From a virus, in IMG/VR virus record IMGVR_UViG_3300027969_004705, positions 8,672 through 72,671 of that record: a stretch of DNA of 64,000 nucleotides. The stretch is one strand, 5' to 3'. The notes beneath the pieces were generated by a model that worked only from the letters and a program-made list of their open reading frames with translations, was not told where the DNA came from and did not search any database. The position numbers were made by a program, and so were the translations under genes. The number at the start of each line of letters is the position of its first letter. Position 1 is the stretch's first letter. Shown piece after piece: positions 32,846 to 43,515 of this stretch.

Positions 32846-32850
32846 TTATA

Positions 32851-33279
32851 ATGTATCAATATAAATGTACAATCTTAGAGGTAATTGATGGAGATACTGT
32901 AAAGGTTGATATTGATGCTGGTTTTAATATATGTATTAAAAATCTTAATATAAGACTTTTAGGTATTGATACTCCTGAGAGTAAAACAACTGATTTAATA
33001 GAAAAAGTCTTTGGTTTAGCTAGTAAATCAGTTGTGCAGCAACTCCTACCTGTCGGAAGCACTCAAATTGTTAAAACAACAATTGATGATAAGTATGGTA
33101 GATTATTAGGTGATTTTTTAATAGATGGCAAGTCACTATGTCAGTTACTAGTAACTGATGGATACGCTGTAGAGTATCACGGTCAAAATAAAACTGATAT
33201 AGCTAGCTTACATTTATTAAATAGAGAGAGACTAATTAAAGAAAATAAAGTACATCTACCTAACAAAGCTCCAAAGTAA
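32851..33279 (+). CDS. Thermonuclease (SNase family)
   Basis: VIDGDT, IRLLGIDTPE, DKYGRLLG, L...GYA motifs. Confidence 0.92.
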   Translation: MYQYKCTILEVIDGDTVKVDIDAGFNICIKNLNIRLLGIDTPESKTTDLIEKVFGLASKSVVQQLLPVGSTQIVKTTIDDKYGRLLGDFLIDGKSLCQLLVTDGYAVEYHGQNKTDIASLHLLNRERLIKENKVHLPNKAPK

Positions 33280-34195
33280 TAAAACAAGCAAAGCAATTAA
33301 TTTCCTTATCAGTTACAAACGAGCTCTTATATAAGTGATCTGCAATAATTGATATCATCTTCTTCTTTCTTAAATCGTCAATATTTTGAGCATATATATG
33401 CTCTAACAATTCTACAAGAAGATTATCATAATCACTATTAAATCTACTCTCATTCTCAATGAGATATTTACGCAAAGTAATAACATCTTTATTCGAAATA
33501 TGATTATAGATATTTTTTAGCAGCTCACTATCTACATGTATGTTTTCTATACAGAGCTCTTTGTCTACGCAGTTCTTTTGAAGTTCATTGATAGTCTTCC
33601 TAATATCAGGAAAATTGACTTTGACGAGCTCTATGAACTTCTTTTTCTGTTCTTCGCTAACAGTAATATCTTCACTTTTAAGTATAGAATAGCACCTACG
33701 TACAGCAGCTTCGATTACTGGCTTAATCTCAATCGATTGACATCTTGACTGAAGAGCTGGGATAATTTTATGCTTATAATTACCTGTTAAGATAAAACGA
33801 GTAGTCTTAGAGTACGACTCCATAGTATTACGCAATGCAGCTTGCGCCGGTCCGGTCAAAGAATCACCCTCATCTAAAATAACCACCTTAATACCTCCAT
33901 CAAATGACTTAGTCTGAGCAAAGTTAGTAATATTATGTCTGATTATATCAATACCTGACTCATCTGATGCATTAATATATAGATAGTTACATTTCAATAT
34001 ATCATTTACAATAATACGAGCAAGCGAAGTTTTCCCTGTTCCAGGATTACCGACAAATAATAGGTTAGGTATTTCTGACTTAAATCCCTTAATAATATCT
34101 AATGTTCGATCATCAAGAATAATATCATTTAAGGTATGTGGTCTATACTTTTCACACCAAATACCATTAAATACACCCTTTACATCTAAATTCAT
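33260..34195 (-). CDS. gp44: Clamp loader large subunit (gp44 / RFC-like AAA+)
   Basis: WCEKYRP, GNPGTGKT, INASDE, ILDEGD, ALQSRC. Confidence 0.95.
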   Translation of the reverse strand: MNLDVKGVFNGIWCEKYRPHTLNDIILDDRTLDIIKGFKSEIPNLLFVGNPGTGKTSLARIIVNDILKCNYLYINASDESGIDIIRHNITNFAQTKSFDGGIKVVILDEGDSLTGPAQAALRNTMESYSKTTRFILTGNYKHKIIPALQSRCQSIEIKPVIEAAVRRCYSILKSEDITVSEEQKKKFIELVKVNFPDIRKTINELQKNCVDKELCIENIHVDSELLKNIYNHISNKDVITLRKYLIENESRFNSDYDNLLVELLEHIYAQNIDDLRKKKMISIIADHLYKSSFVTDKEINCFACFITLELC

Positions 34196-34211
34196 ATATG
34201 TTTTCTATCAA

Positions 34212-34646
34212 TTATTTACCAGAAGAACCGAACCCTTTAGCTCCACGTTCTGACTCTTCTATATTTTCAGCCTCACTCATTTCAACAGAATAATTCCTAT
34301 ACACAATTAATTGAGCTATTCTTTCTCCCTTCTTAACTGTATATTCAGTATCTGTATTATTATATAGCTTTATGCCAGCAGTTCCTCTATAACCTTGATC
34401 GATAATACCAGGATGAGGAGTAATTCCATGCTTAAACCCCAAACCACTACGTCCTTCAATTTTACACCAATACCCTGGTGTTATATAGGCAAATGACAAC
34501 CCTACATCGACAACAGTACTTCCTCTAGCTGGGATAACTATACTCTCTACACTATATACATCAAACCCCGTATCAGTATTAAAATTGCGGGTAGGTATTT
34601 GTGCGTCATCATTAGTTTTAGTGAATTTAATTTCTACTTTCGTCAT
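34212..34646 (-). CDS. dut: dUTPase (trimeric)
   Basis: GFDV, GRSG, GIIDQGYRG, ERIAQL, ERGAKGFGSSG. Confidence 0.95.
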   Translation of the reverse strand: MTKVEIKFTKTNDDAQIPTRNFNTDTGFDVYSVESIVIPARGSTVVDVGLSFAYITPGYWCKIEGRSGLGFKHGITPHPGIIDQGYRGTAGIKLYNNTDTEYTVKKGERIAQLIVYRNYSVEMSEAENIEESERGAKGFGSSGK

Positions 34647-34652
34647 AATATA

Positions 34653-34680
34653 ATTATAGTAGTTGAAATGAATAAGTCAA
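34653..34680 (-). promoter_or_regulatory. Sigma70-type promoter for dUTPase/gp44
   Basis: TTGACT-N16-TATAAT on the minus strand, 6 nt before the ATG. Confidence 0.65.
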
Positions 34681-34697
34681 GCTTAAATAAGTAATAA

Positions 34698-35138
34698 ATG
34701 GATACCGACATAGATAATACTGTAAATGATATAATCTCACAGTTAAAAACAAGCAGTTTATCAAATGCTTCGCCACAAAAAGAAGAGGTTAAATTAACTA
34801 AAGATAATCTTGAGGAGTTTATTCTAACTAACTCCGGTAAACTTGTCACCAAATCATTAGGACTTATTGATAATATAGAGTCTTTTGTCTCTACTTCTCC
34901 AGAGCCTGATGATGTAGCTGCTTTATCCGAATTAATAAAAGCTGCGGCATCTGCAGTTGAATCGCTTAATAAAATATATATCGCTGATAGTAAAAATGAT
35001 AATCAAATGAAGATGAAAAAACTAGACATTGCTGCTAGAGAAAAGTTATCTTTAATGGATAACCAAACTAAAATTTTACTATCACGTGAAGATATTATGA
35101 AAGCTCTTATCAACACTAATGACGTTATTGATGTATAA
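34698..35138 (+). CDS. Putative terminase small subunit (gp16-like)
   Basis: Helical 146 aa (SPEPDDVAALSELIK, SREDIMKAL) resembling T4-like gp16; TTAAATA upstream. Confidence 0.55.
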   Translation: MDTDIDNTVNDIISQLKTSSLSNASPQKEEVKLTKDNLEEFILTNSGKLVTKSLGLIDNIESFVSTSPEPDDVAALSELIKAAASAVESLNKIYIADSKNDNQMKMKKLDIAAREKLSLMDNQTKILLSREDIMKALINTNDVIDV

Positions 35139-35139
35139 T

Positions 35140-37023
35140 TTAAGGTGTAGGAAATAATGTACTATTTGGCTGTCCATCTGCTGTTTTGTCGTTAGTTGGT
35201 AAAGCTGGCAAATCTACTTTTTGTGCTGCACTATCAGGTGATTTAAAATTTTGTGAGCTATTAAGTGCTGCTAAAACTTGACTCTTACTGCCGACGCATA
35301 TTTTTACATACATGGAACCTATATTTGGTACACTAGATACTGTTCTCTCTGTCCATGTTTTATAAGGTACTGATTGTCTGCTTATAGGTTTTTGATTTGT
35401 TACTTTGTAAAAAGCATAAGGTGTAAAATCAATAATACGCTCACCGTCATTAGAAGATCCTTTTCTATCAATTAATTGAATAAGTTCAGATTTACCATTA
35501 TATCTAACATACGCAAATAAATTATTATTCTTAGCTAAAGTTGTAAATTTATTTAAGCTTAAAGTTATACCAGTATTCGCAATTAAAGCGTTTACTAATA
35601 CTTCATTAAATGCTACTCCATGATTAAACTTATCAGCATTAATAGTTGTTAGATCAGTATTGTTATCTGTACCTCTACTCCATCTACCTGAGTATCCATT
35701 ATTTTGATCTGTTTCTGATCTACTCATACAATTATCTACTAATTGTGCATCTCCTGTTATACCTTGAATGCTCGGAGTTAATACTTGACCTATGTTTGCT
35801 ACGCCCATTCGCGTTTCGACATCACTAGATGTTGCTGCATAACTATCTACCCATATTGTCTTATCATCTGTATCAATCCAACTAGCAAATATCGTATATT
35901 TATATCCTGAGCTTGAAGATGCTAATAATTCAATGTCGTCTGAAATTAATACTTCATCAGTATACGGTTTGTTTGTAATATTTGCTTTTTTATAACCAAG
36001 TGCAATATTATCTGATGTAGAAGTTCGATCTGATTGACCTATAGAGTTACCTGAATATGCTGATCCATTAACATTATAAGTAATAGGAGTAACGCTTACA
36101 GATTTTCGATTCTGCATAGGGTCATAAGGATTATACTTTAACGCATATTCATATCTATTAAAACATGGTCCTAGGTTCTTTGAGATATTAGCAAGTATTT
36201 CAGGAGCAGTTGTACTAATATCTATATATGATTTTATATCAGGAGTATACTTATAAGGTGAACTTTCTTTTCTTAAAGTTTCACCTGTTTCTGCTGCATT
36301 AATAAAAGTAGATTTATCTTTTTCATCAACCATACTGCCCTGTATAACACCCCATGCATCACTACAAGTCTTAGACAATGACATAATTCCATGCTGAAAA
36401 GCTTCTGGTATTTTATGAAATACAGCTAAATCTATACCATTTATCACTGACGCCATTGAATCCTTTAAACTATCCATTGATAGCATAGATGCGCTATTCA
36501 TAGTAGGTAGTATTTGAGTTGTTTTGCCTATACTATTAGATAAAGGACTAAAGGGATTACAAGGCGCATTTATACAATCTTTAATAGCTGCTTTGAGCTT
36601 ACTATTAAAGTCGCCATTAGTTGTGCTATTCGGATCGACTAGATTACCTGCACTATCTCTCACATTTCGTCTATCAGCATTTATACCTTGAAATGTCTTC
36701 GGTAAATTATCTATATTATTAAATGTCTCTATTACCCTATCTATTTCATATGTGAATATAGGATAATTCAACATTTTAGTTGTGTAGAAGTTAATGGTAG
36801 CAGGGTCTAAATACCCACTACACAACATAAATGTATTAGTGAATGTCTCTCTCGCACTTAAGTTTCCATTTATAGCTTGATTAAAATTTATAGCTAAATC
36901 AAAGTCTAAACTTAAGCTCGGATCATCAAGCAAATCACATAGAGGAGAACTATATTTAATAAATTCTCTACTTATAGCGTAGCCGAATAATTTTTCAGCT
37001 AAATTTGTTTCATAGATGAGCAT
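35140..37023 (-). CDS. Baseplate hub-associated protein with C-terminal RlpA/DPBB-like lytic domain
   Basis: VRYNGKSELIQLIDRKG...RIIDFTPYAF resembles the DPBB motif; follows the hub gene. Confidence 0.55.
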   Translation of the reverse strand: MLIYETNLAEKLFGYAISREFIKYSSPLCDLLDDPSLSLDFDLAINFNQAINGNLSARETFTNTFMLCSGYLDPATINFYTTKMLNYPIFTYEIDRVIETFNNIDNLPKTFQGINADRRNVRDSAGNLVDPNSTTNGDFNSKLKAAIKDCINAPCNPFSPLSNSIGKTTQILPTMNSASMLSMDSLKDSMASVINGIDLAVFHKIPEAFQHGIMSLSKTCSDAWGVIQGSMVDEKDKSTFINAAETGETLRKESSPYKYTPDIKSYIDISTTAPEILANISKNLGPCFNRYEYALKYNPYDPMQNRKSVSVTPITYNVNGSAYSGNSIGQSDRTSTSDNIALGYKKANITNKPYTDEVLISDDIELLASSSSGYKYTIFASWIDTDDKTIWVDSYAATSSDVETRMGVANIGQVLTPSIQGITGDAQLVDNCMSRSETDQNNGYSGRWSRGTDNNTDLTTINADKFNHGVAFNEVLVNALIANTGITLSLNKFTTLAKNNNLFAYVRYNGKSELIQLIDRKGSSNDGERIIDFTPYAFYKVTNQKPISRQSVPYKTWTERTVSSVPNIGSMYVKICVGSKSQVLAALNSSQNFKSPDSAAQKVDLPALPTNDKTADGQPNSTLFPTP

Positions 37024-37060
37024 TTAATTATTTAATGTTATGTCTTTTAAACAGTAGGTA

Positions 37061-38479
37061 TTATGGCAATGGTGGTAGACCTACAGGCTGGTTCGTAGTA
37101 GGTGCTATGTTATTTGGTTTAGTACAGAATTTAACCGCTGTAATTTCATTTTGATACATTTCATTCTCAAAAATATGTTTTATGCTAACTATAAACCAAT
37201 AACCTGTAGGTGATTCTGTTTGATCTTTTTTATCACCGTTTATTAAAATAAACATACCTGGATTCCGATAAGGATTGCCTGTAGTTCTAAAAGTAATCGC
37301 TGAATTATCGAATATAAAACTCCTTGTTACCATCGCTTTTATACCCGCTTCAATTATTTTTACAATATCTGTGCTACTTTCCTTAAAATCGCAAATATAT
37401 TCTGAGGTTTTTAAATCATCAGCATTATTTTCTGTCTGATCTTTTGGGACATTTATTTCTTGTTGTGAATTAAGGGCTGCTGATTTAAACAAATCTCTCA
37501 TATCACTATACTTTATAATGTTGGTTGTAACATCAGTAATATTATTATCTACCATATAAACTACTTTATGATTCGTCCATGTTGTTAAAAGAAGTTTATC
37601 TAAATCTGCTTCTGCTACGACGTACTGCTCTATAGTATTTTCTCTAAGTATTGGATTTGCTTCACCTTGACCTCCTATTACAAACGTTTCAGATACATAA
37701 TCTTGCAGATCTTTTTCATTTCTCTCTAGCTTAGTATTGAAGTCTTTTATTATTTTAAACAAAGGTCTCATTGTAAAGCGTCTTTGTATATTACTATTAG
37801 CTTCATTTAATTGAAAGTTCTCTAGCTGCAATAAACCTGGGCTACTTAGTTGTCCATTTTCATACCATAGATATTTATATAATAAACCAATTAAATCATA
37901 ATAACTTTGCATTGGTTTAATTACCTGATCTAAAGGTACAATAAGATCAGTATGCTGAAATTCTTCTTTGTGTACATAAAAATTTGTACCGCCTTTATCA
38001 AGACATGTAGTTAGTAAATGTTGAATAGTCTCTGTGAGATTTTTAGTACCAGATATCTCTCGTGGATTTACTTTACGTTCTCTAAGAAGTCTTACCGCAT
38101 ACTCTTCAAAATTATATGTTAAATTTTTATCAACAGGATTTTTTGAATCATCGTCTCCTAAGCCTAACTGTACAATTACTTGTAGACCTTTATCAATAAT
38201 ACTTACTTTATCTCCGAAATCCTTATTTTTAAAATTAATATCAAATAACGTAATGCCTTGATTAACGCCTCTACCTAAACCTAATTTATCCAAAATACCA
38301 AAGAAGTTATTAAACACAACTTTACCCTGAACTCCAAAATTAGCTAAATTATCTTCTATCTCGAGATACAGCACCATTGCCTTACTAATCGGAATAAAGT
38401 TGTAATCATTCTCAACAACTCTTGTTAAGGATAAATCAAATTCATAGATACTACTACCTATATTTACTAGCTTATTCAT
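37061..38479 (-). CDS. Baseplate hub protein (gp27-like)
   Basis: LEIEDNL...GKVVF; C-terminal GNPYRNPG.FI...GYWFIVSIKHIF...NEITAVK. Confidence 0.7.
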   Translation of the reverse strand: MNKLVNIGSSIYEFDLSLTRVVENDYNFIPISKAMVLYLEIEDNLANFGVQGKVVFNNFFGILDKLGLGRGVNQGITLFDINFKNKDFGDKVSIIDKGLQVIVQLGLGDDDSKNPVDKNLTYNFEEYAVRLLRERKVNPREISGTKNLTETIQHLLTTCLDKGGTNFYVHKEEFQHTDLIVPLDQVIKPMQSYYDLIGLLYKYLWYENGQLSSPGLLQLENFQLNEANSNIQRRFTMRPLFKIIKDFNTKLERNEKDLQDYVSETFVIGGQGEANPILRENTIEQYVVAEADLDKLLLTTWTNHKVVYMVDNNITDVTTNIIKYSDMRDLFKSAALNSQQEINVPKDQTENNADDLKTSEYICDFKESSTDIVKIIEAGIKAMVTRSFIFDNSAITFRTTGNPYRNPGMFILINGDKKDQTESPTGYWFIVSIKHIFENEMYQNEITAVKFCTKPNNIAPTTNQPVGLPPLP

Positions 38480-38853
38480 TTGTTAATTTGGTCTGATATA
38501 TTATTAAGTACAATATCTAAGTATTGAGGTAATATATATTTATATGCTGTACCAGCTTCCGCATAAAATATATTATCTGGACTATTCGTAATAAATATTA
38601 ACCACCATAAGTTAATATCTTTATATAGTTTGTAAGCTAATGTAGTCCATGGCAATTTAGAGCTTAATACTATAATACCAAATAAATCTGAGTTTAATGA
38701 AGTAGGTACTACTACTTTATTTAAAATATTAAAAAATGCATAGCTATTATTTGCATCTTTAACAATTTTATACAACTTAAAAATTTGTTCATATCTTGTT
38801 TTATCAAAAGATGTGTTGATAGGAATTTGATTAATGGAAGTTGTTGTACTCAT
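38476..38853 (-). CDS. gp53: Baseplate wedge protein (gp53-like, LysM-like)
   Basis: TLAYKLYKDINLWWLI..N motif. Confidence 0.8.
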   Translation of the reverse strand: MSTTTSINQIPINTSFDKTRYEQIFKLYKIVKDANNSYAFFNILNKVVVPTSLNSDLFGIIVLSSKLPWTTLAYKLYKDINLWWLIFITNSPDNIFYAEAGTAYKYILPQYLDIVLNNISDQINK

Positions 38854-38854
38854 A

Positions 38855-39961
38855 TTATTGTTGACTCACACGTATTTTAGAACCTGTAAAACCTTTAGCG
38901 ACCATCATATTACTTACGTCAGATATTAAACTCTTAAATGTAATTGATACATTATACGCTTCAGGAATTGCAGTACTGACTATATCACCTGTAGGTAATG
39001 TAACAGGTAAATTACGCCTGGTACCTTTAAAATCTACAGTAAGATTCTCTATAAAACAATATGGAAAGAATTCTTGACCAGGAATTGTAAGAGTATACAT
39101 TTTAGCTGGTGAGACTCCAGAGAATGATGTGCGGTAGGGTTTATTTTGGAATGCTAATATCCAAAGAAGTTCATAGTTCTGCTGATAAGGCAGTTTATTA
39201 TTTGATATACTACCAGTACCTCTTGTTACTGTATTAAAGAGAGGAAAAGTAACTGTAACTGATTTATTATCAGTATTATATTGAAAATATTTTGGCTTCT
39301 CTATAAACGTACCAGGCTGATTAATATTAATTGTATTAGAAAGTCTTTCTCCTGCGGCTTCTAAACCTTCTAGAATTTCTTTAGCAAATCCTGGTCCTTG
39401 TGCTGCTTCTCCCCAAGAATTTGAAACAGCTTTACTATTATTATCAAAATAAGGTAACGCATACTCAAATTTTGTTACTTCAGTCTTATATATACCTATA
39501 TAAGACTTAAGATCCTCTAATAACGCTACATCACTCTCACTACCAGCTTTAAAAGCATCTATAGATTTTATAAGTTTTTCTGCTCCAGCCGCTAAATTGT
39601 CTGCTGCTTTTGGTAATAATGTATTTATTTTTGTTGCAATATTATTAATTAAATTAGCTGTACCAGCCACAGCGTTAGTTGCTACATTGCCAGCTACATT
39701 GCCAGTTGCATTGTCACCTGCGTTTAAATAATATAGTGCTGAAGCTAATAAAGAATTGAGAGTTTGCTTTCTTTCAGTAAGGTATAATATAGGTACTTTT
39801 TTAAATTTATTAATCTGCGGAGATGCTGTCCACATAAAATCATTAATAACATCAATAACTCCAGGTCCACTTGGTATTAATATTTTTTCAGTAGTGCTTG
39901 TACCGAGGAGATCTGATTTAGTTTGAGAGTTTTCTATTTTAGCGTAATATGGTCCTGGCAT
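38855..39961 (-). CDS. Baseplate/tail-tube junction protein (gp48-like)
   Basis: TVTFPL, CFIENLTVDF, IPEAYNVSITFKSL; lies between tape measure and gp53. Confidence 0.6.
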   Translation of the reverse strand: MPGPYYAKIENSQTKSDLLGTSTTEKILIPSGPGVIDVINDFMWTASPQINKFKKVPILYLTERKQTLNSLLASALYYLNAGDNATGNVAGNVATNAVAGTANLINNIATKINTLLPKAADNLAAGAEKLIKSIDAFKAGSESDVALLEDLKSYIGIYKTEVTKFEYALPYFDNNSKAVSNSWGEAAQGPGFAKEILEGLEAAGERLSNTININQPGTFIEKPKYFQYNTDNKSVTVTFPLFNTVTRGTGSISNNKLPYQQNYELLWILAFQNKPYRTSFSGVSPAKMYTLTIPGQEFFPYCFIENLTVDFKGTRRNLPVTLPTGDIVSTAIPEAYNVSITFKSLISDVSNMMVAKGFTGSKIRVSQQ

Positions 39962-39963
39962 AA

Positions 39964-41925
39964 TTATATAGGCTGAAGGTTATGTGAATTATTAAAGCTG
40001 CTTCTTAAAAAAGTAGCTGCAGGTATTTCCTTAGTATCTCTACTGTTTGTTTGGTATGTATTATTAGAAGTAGAGCTTTCTTTATTCTTAGTTAATAAAA
40101 TTATACCATCGCGTATTTGTTCAAGAATTGAAACTTGCTTGCTGGCTACAAATAGTTGTTTTTTATTATTAATAGAGCTACTTTGTAATAACTCATTAAC
40201 AGCTCCGCCATTTTTCATACCCAGTATTTCATCTTTATTACTAAATTTATAAACTTGATTATTCTTAATAATAAAGTCTTGCATCTCACCAGTCTCACCG
40301 ACTGGTAACATAGTACCTGTAACGGCAGCTTTGCCTACATCACTGATAGCCGACTCTGGTATTATATATGAAGCAAATTGAGATGCATAACGACCAGCTT
40401 TATCACCTAAGTATCCACCAAATAAAGCACCTAATGGACCTCCGACTAAACCAAGAGCTGCACCTCCTGCACCGCCGAGTACACCACCTATACCTTCAAG
40501 TACACGGTTACCTGCTTTTTTATATAATTCTTGATCTGTTGATATTTTATTTTCCGCTCTTTCTTGTTTATAATCTGCAATATCACCTTTTGCAAAAAAT
40601 AACTCTATAAGTGAGCTAATAATAGGTATTCTTTTTGCTACAGGCATTAAAGTTTTTACAAATTTACCTAAAAATCCTAATGTTCCTCCAGCTGCACCAA
40701 TTGAACCTTTTACTGCATTAATAGCTGCATTTATTGCTTTTGTTCCTATCTGCTTTATAGGTGTTACTACTGTATTTACAGCTCGTTTACCTATATCAAC
40801 GACCCTACCGCCAAAGTTCCATGCTGAATTTAATATAGCGCGTCCGGTTGATATAGCCGGCGCTACTGCTGTTTGAACTTTTGATATAACAGGAGCTGCA
40901 TACTTCGCAATAGCACCTCCTACAGAACTTGCTTTCTCCATAAAAGCAGATCCTGCACGAGCTGCAGCACTTTTTATACTAGCAAAAGTCTCACCTACAC
41001 TAGTAGTTAATGAACTAAAACGCTCTCCTATACTCTTACTGATTGATTTAAGAGTCGTTTTAATTGCTTCATAAGTTTTACTAGAAGTAACTTTAGTTTT
41101 TAACTTACTTAAGTTAGTTTTAAGTTTACCATATTGTTTTGATACAGCAGCAGCTACTCTGCCAGCTACTTTCATTGCGGCTTTTGCACCCGCTTTAATT
41201 CCTTGCCATACTCCTTGAGCTACAGACTCGAAGTTACCAGCTAATACATCAGCTAACATCCAACCTAGTCCTAAATCTGTTAACATATCCAGAAGACCTT
41301 TGCTTTTACTCTTTTCACCGGTAGGTCCTGTAGGTACCGCAATACTACCCTTTGTTACTTCTTTTATTTTAGATTCCTTTAAATTTGCTTGTAACCGACC
41401 TGCTTCTGGTCCTTCAGCAAACTTACCGATTCCAAGCGCCTTACCTAATATTGTAAATACTCTCGTATAGTATTGAGTTTCATTACTTGAAGCACTAATA
41501 GGGTATTGCTTATCTAATGCTTTAGATAAAGAGTCAGTTGGTTTATCTAATGTGGTTTTAAATAGAGATTCTTTTATTTTTTCTATTACTCTATTAGATA
41601 GAGATTCTTTGGAGGTATTTGTTGTATTGCTTCTATCTTCTCTTAATACTTGTTTATCTGGAGATATTTCACTTTTTGTTGTAGTGGTAATTGGTCTAAT
41701 CTTAATTATTTTATCTAAAGCATTATAGTTACTATTTAAAGCTTCAGAATTTTTATCAACATTATTACTTAAACTCTGTAAAACTTTAGTAATTTCATCA
41801 ATAGGATTTTTTTTATTATTATCAATAACATTAATAGTGCGATTATCTATCTCCGCATTTTTACTGTTCGACGCTTCAACTAAAGCTGTCGCTGCTGAAA
41901 TTACATCTGTATCATCATTATTCAC
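39964..41925 (-). CDS. Tape measure-like protein (gp29-like)
   Basis: Long Ala/Gly/Lys-rich helical protein with KRIPII and GGAALG...GGYLG motifs; GTG 5 nt after TTAAATA. Confidence 0.7.
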   Translation of the reverse strand: MNNDDTDVISAATALVEASNSKNAEIDNRTINVIDNNKKNPIDEITKVLQSLSNNVDKNSEALNSNYNALDKIIKIRPITTTTKSEISPDKQVLREDRSNTTNTSKESLSNRVIEKIKESLFKTTLDKPTDSLSKALDKQYPISASSNETQYYTRVFTILGKALGIGKFAEGPEAGRLQANLKESKIKEVTKGSIAVPTGPTGEKSKSKGLLDMLTDLGLGWMLADVLAGNFESVAQGVWQGIKAGAKAAMKVAGRVAAAVSKQYGKLKTNLSKLKTKVTSSKTYEAIKTTLKSISKSIGERFSSLTTSVGETFASIKSAAARAGSAFMEKASSVGGAIAKYAAPVISKVQTAVAPAISTGRAILNSAWNFGGRVVDIGKRAVNTVVTPIKQIGTKAINAAINAVKGSIGAAGGTLGFLGKFVKTLMPVAKRIPIISSLIELFFAKGDIADYKQERAENKISTDQELYKKAGNRVLEGIGGVLGGAGGAALGLVGGPLGALFGGYLGDKAGRYASQFASYIIPESAISDVGKAAVTGTMLPVGETGEMQDFIIKNNQVYKFSNKDEILGMKNGGAVNELLQSSSINNKKQLFVASKQVSILEQIRDGIILLTKNKESSTSNNTYQTNSRDTKEIPAATFLRSSFNNSHNLQPI

Positions 41926-41933
41926 AAATATAT

Positions 41934-42671
41934 TTAATCATTAGTTAGAAAACTAGCATCTATTGTTAGTTCAATGTTTTCATTAAAACAAAAATTCTTC
42001 TGTTCTGCATTTTTGTAGTTAGCAATATATTCGATTATATCATTGTTAAGCTTTAGAGGTATGTTATCTAGTATACTCTTTCTTTCGCTTACACTATATT
42101 GATTTAAATTAATAAGTGTTTCATCTATCTTAAGTGTATCGACAAACTTTATCATCTCGTAAGTAAGTAGAGTAGTAATATAATCACTATCTTGCTTAGT
42201 TTCATTTTTTGTTTTTGCTATTTCGACTAAGCATTTCTCAATAACTTGACTTTCAAAATCTAATGTAGGTATTTCGACAGTTGCACTTATATTCTGATAT
42301 GTGAGAGTATTCGATTTTTCTACAGTTTGTTGTGCATATGGCGGCAACTCGTTCAAATCATATTCCTTGCTATCTATTTTAATAGCAGATCCAATATTAG
42401 CTTTTCTTAGCTGTACTAAAATATAATTTCTATCAGACAATTTAAAGGAAGTAGGTTCAATTGAATTCTCTTTAATAATATTATTAAAGATATGATTTAA
42501 TCGAACACTACCTTCAAAACCATCCATTGCACATTTAATTATATCTTTGTGTTGTTTTACAGTTATGGATTTAAACTTGCATACTTTACCTGTAGAGGGT
42601 ATCTCAATTGCTGTAATGTCATTATTATTGATATTTTGCAATTCTAAAACAAGATCTTTTATGTTACTCAT
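41934..42671 (-). CDS. gp26: Baseplate hub assembly protein (gp26-like)
   Basis: IEIPSTGK..KF..ITVKQHK, DRNYILVQLRK..IG, IDASFL. Confidence 0.8.
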   Translation of the reverse strand: MSNIKDLVLELQNINNNDITAIEIPSTGKVCKFKSITVKQHKDIIKCAMDGFEGSVRLNHIFNNIIKENSIEPTSFKLSDRNYILVQLRKANIGSAIKIDSKEYDLNELPPYAQQTVEKSNTLTYQNISATVEIPTLDFESQVIEKCLVEIAKTKNETKQDSDYITTLLTYEMIKFVDTLKIDETLINLNQYSVSERKSILDNIPLKLNNDIIEYIANYKNAEQKNFCFNENIELTIDASFLTND

Positions 42672-42684
42672 TTGATTAATTATG

Positions 42685-43500
42685 TTATTCTTGCTGCGAT
42701 TTCAACTCTTCATTCCTCTTTTCAATTTCTTTATTACGTATATTCACAATTATTTTTGTTTCAAGTGGAGACAAGTTATTATAAAAATCTATATCGGAAC
42801 TTATATTAGTAAGATAACTATATATTAATTCATAACAATGCAATAAGTTAGTCGCATATATAGAGCTTAAGAAAGTAATTGCTCCATTTGAAATTATATC
42901 TATTTTATGCTGCTTTATATCAAATTCTTTAACTTCATCTATTAAGATAAAATCTGTTAATAAATTAGAAAGCTTAGCTACATATCGCTTTAAACTATAA
43001 AAAACTTTTGAGGGTAAGTATGCCATTACTAATTCTTTTTCTTTATTACTTAAAAGTGTGAAATCGGTAAATTTGTCTTTGTAGTTAATGGATTTAATAA
43101 TATTATTATATATATCATCAATGTTTGTAAAGTACAAAGTAGTAGGTAACCCAACTGTTAAAGATATATCATTAACGTTTATTACTTCTACAAAATCCTC
43201 ATAAATGTTATTAATTTTATCTAAGATAGTATTTAGGCTTAAATCTAATACTCTATCTTCTACTTGAAGATGTATACTCTCATTTACAAAAATCATCCTA
43301 TAATATACAAGGAGATAAAATCTATCTAAGATATCTAAATTTTTAGGAATATTAAGATGTACATTTATAAGCTCATTAAATCCTTCATAATCTTCATTTT
43401 CACAATACTTTACAAGTACTAAGTAAATTTTATTATCTAACTCTGGTACTCTAATTGTTGTACCGCTTGGTAGCAATACTTTAATACTAAAATTCATCAT
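42685..43500 (-). CDS. Second gp26-like protein with gp51-like C-terminus
   Basis: LLPSG, DRFYLL..YR, and C-terminal NLSPLETKI...IEKRNE. Confidence 0.55.
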   Translation of the reverse strand: MMNFSIKVLLPSGTTIRVPELDNKIYLVLVKYCENEDYEGFNELINVHLNIPKNLDILDRFYLLVYYRMIFVNESIHLQVEDRVLDLSLNTILDKINNIYEDFVEVINVNDISLTVGLPTTLYFTNIDDIYNNIIKSINYKDKFTDFTLLSNKEKELVMAYLPSKVFYSLKRYVAKLSNLLTDFILIDEVKEFDIKQHKIDIISNGAITFLSSIYATNLLHCYELIYSYLTNISSDIDFYNNLSPLETKIIVNIRNKEIEKRNEELKSQQE

Positions 43501-43515
43501 AATATTAAAAAAATA

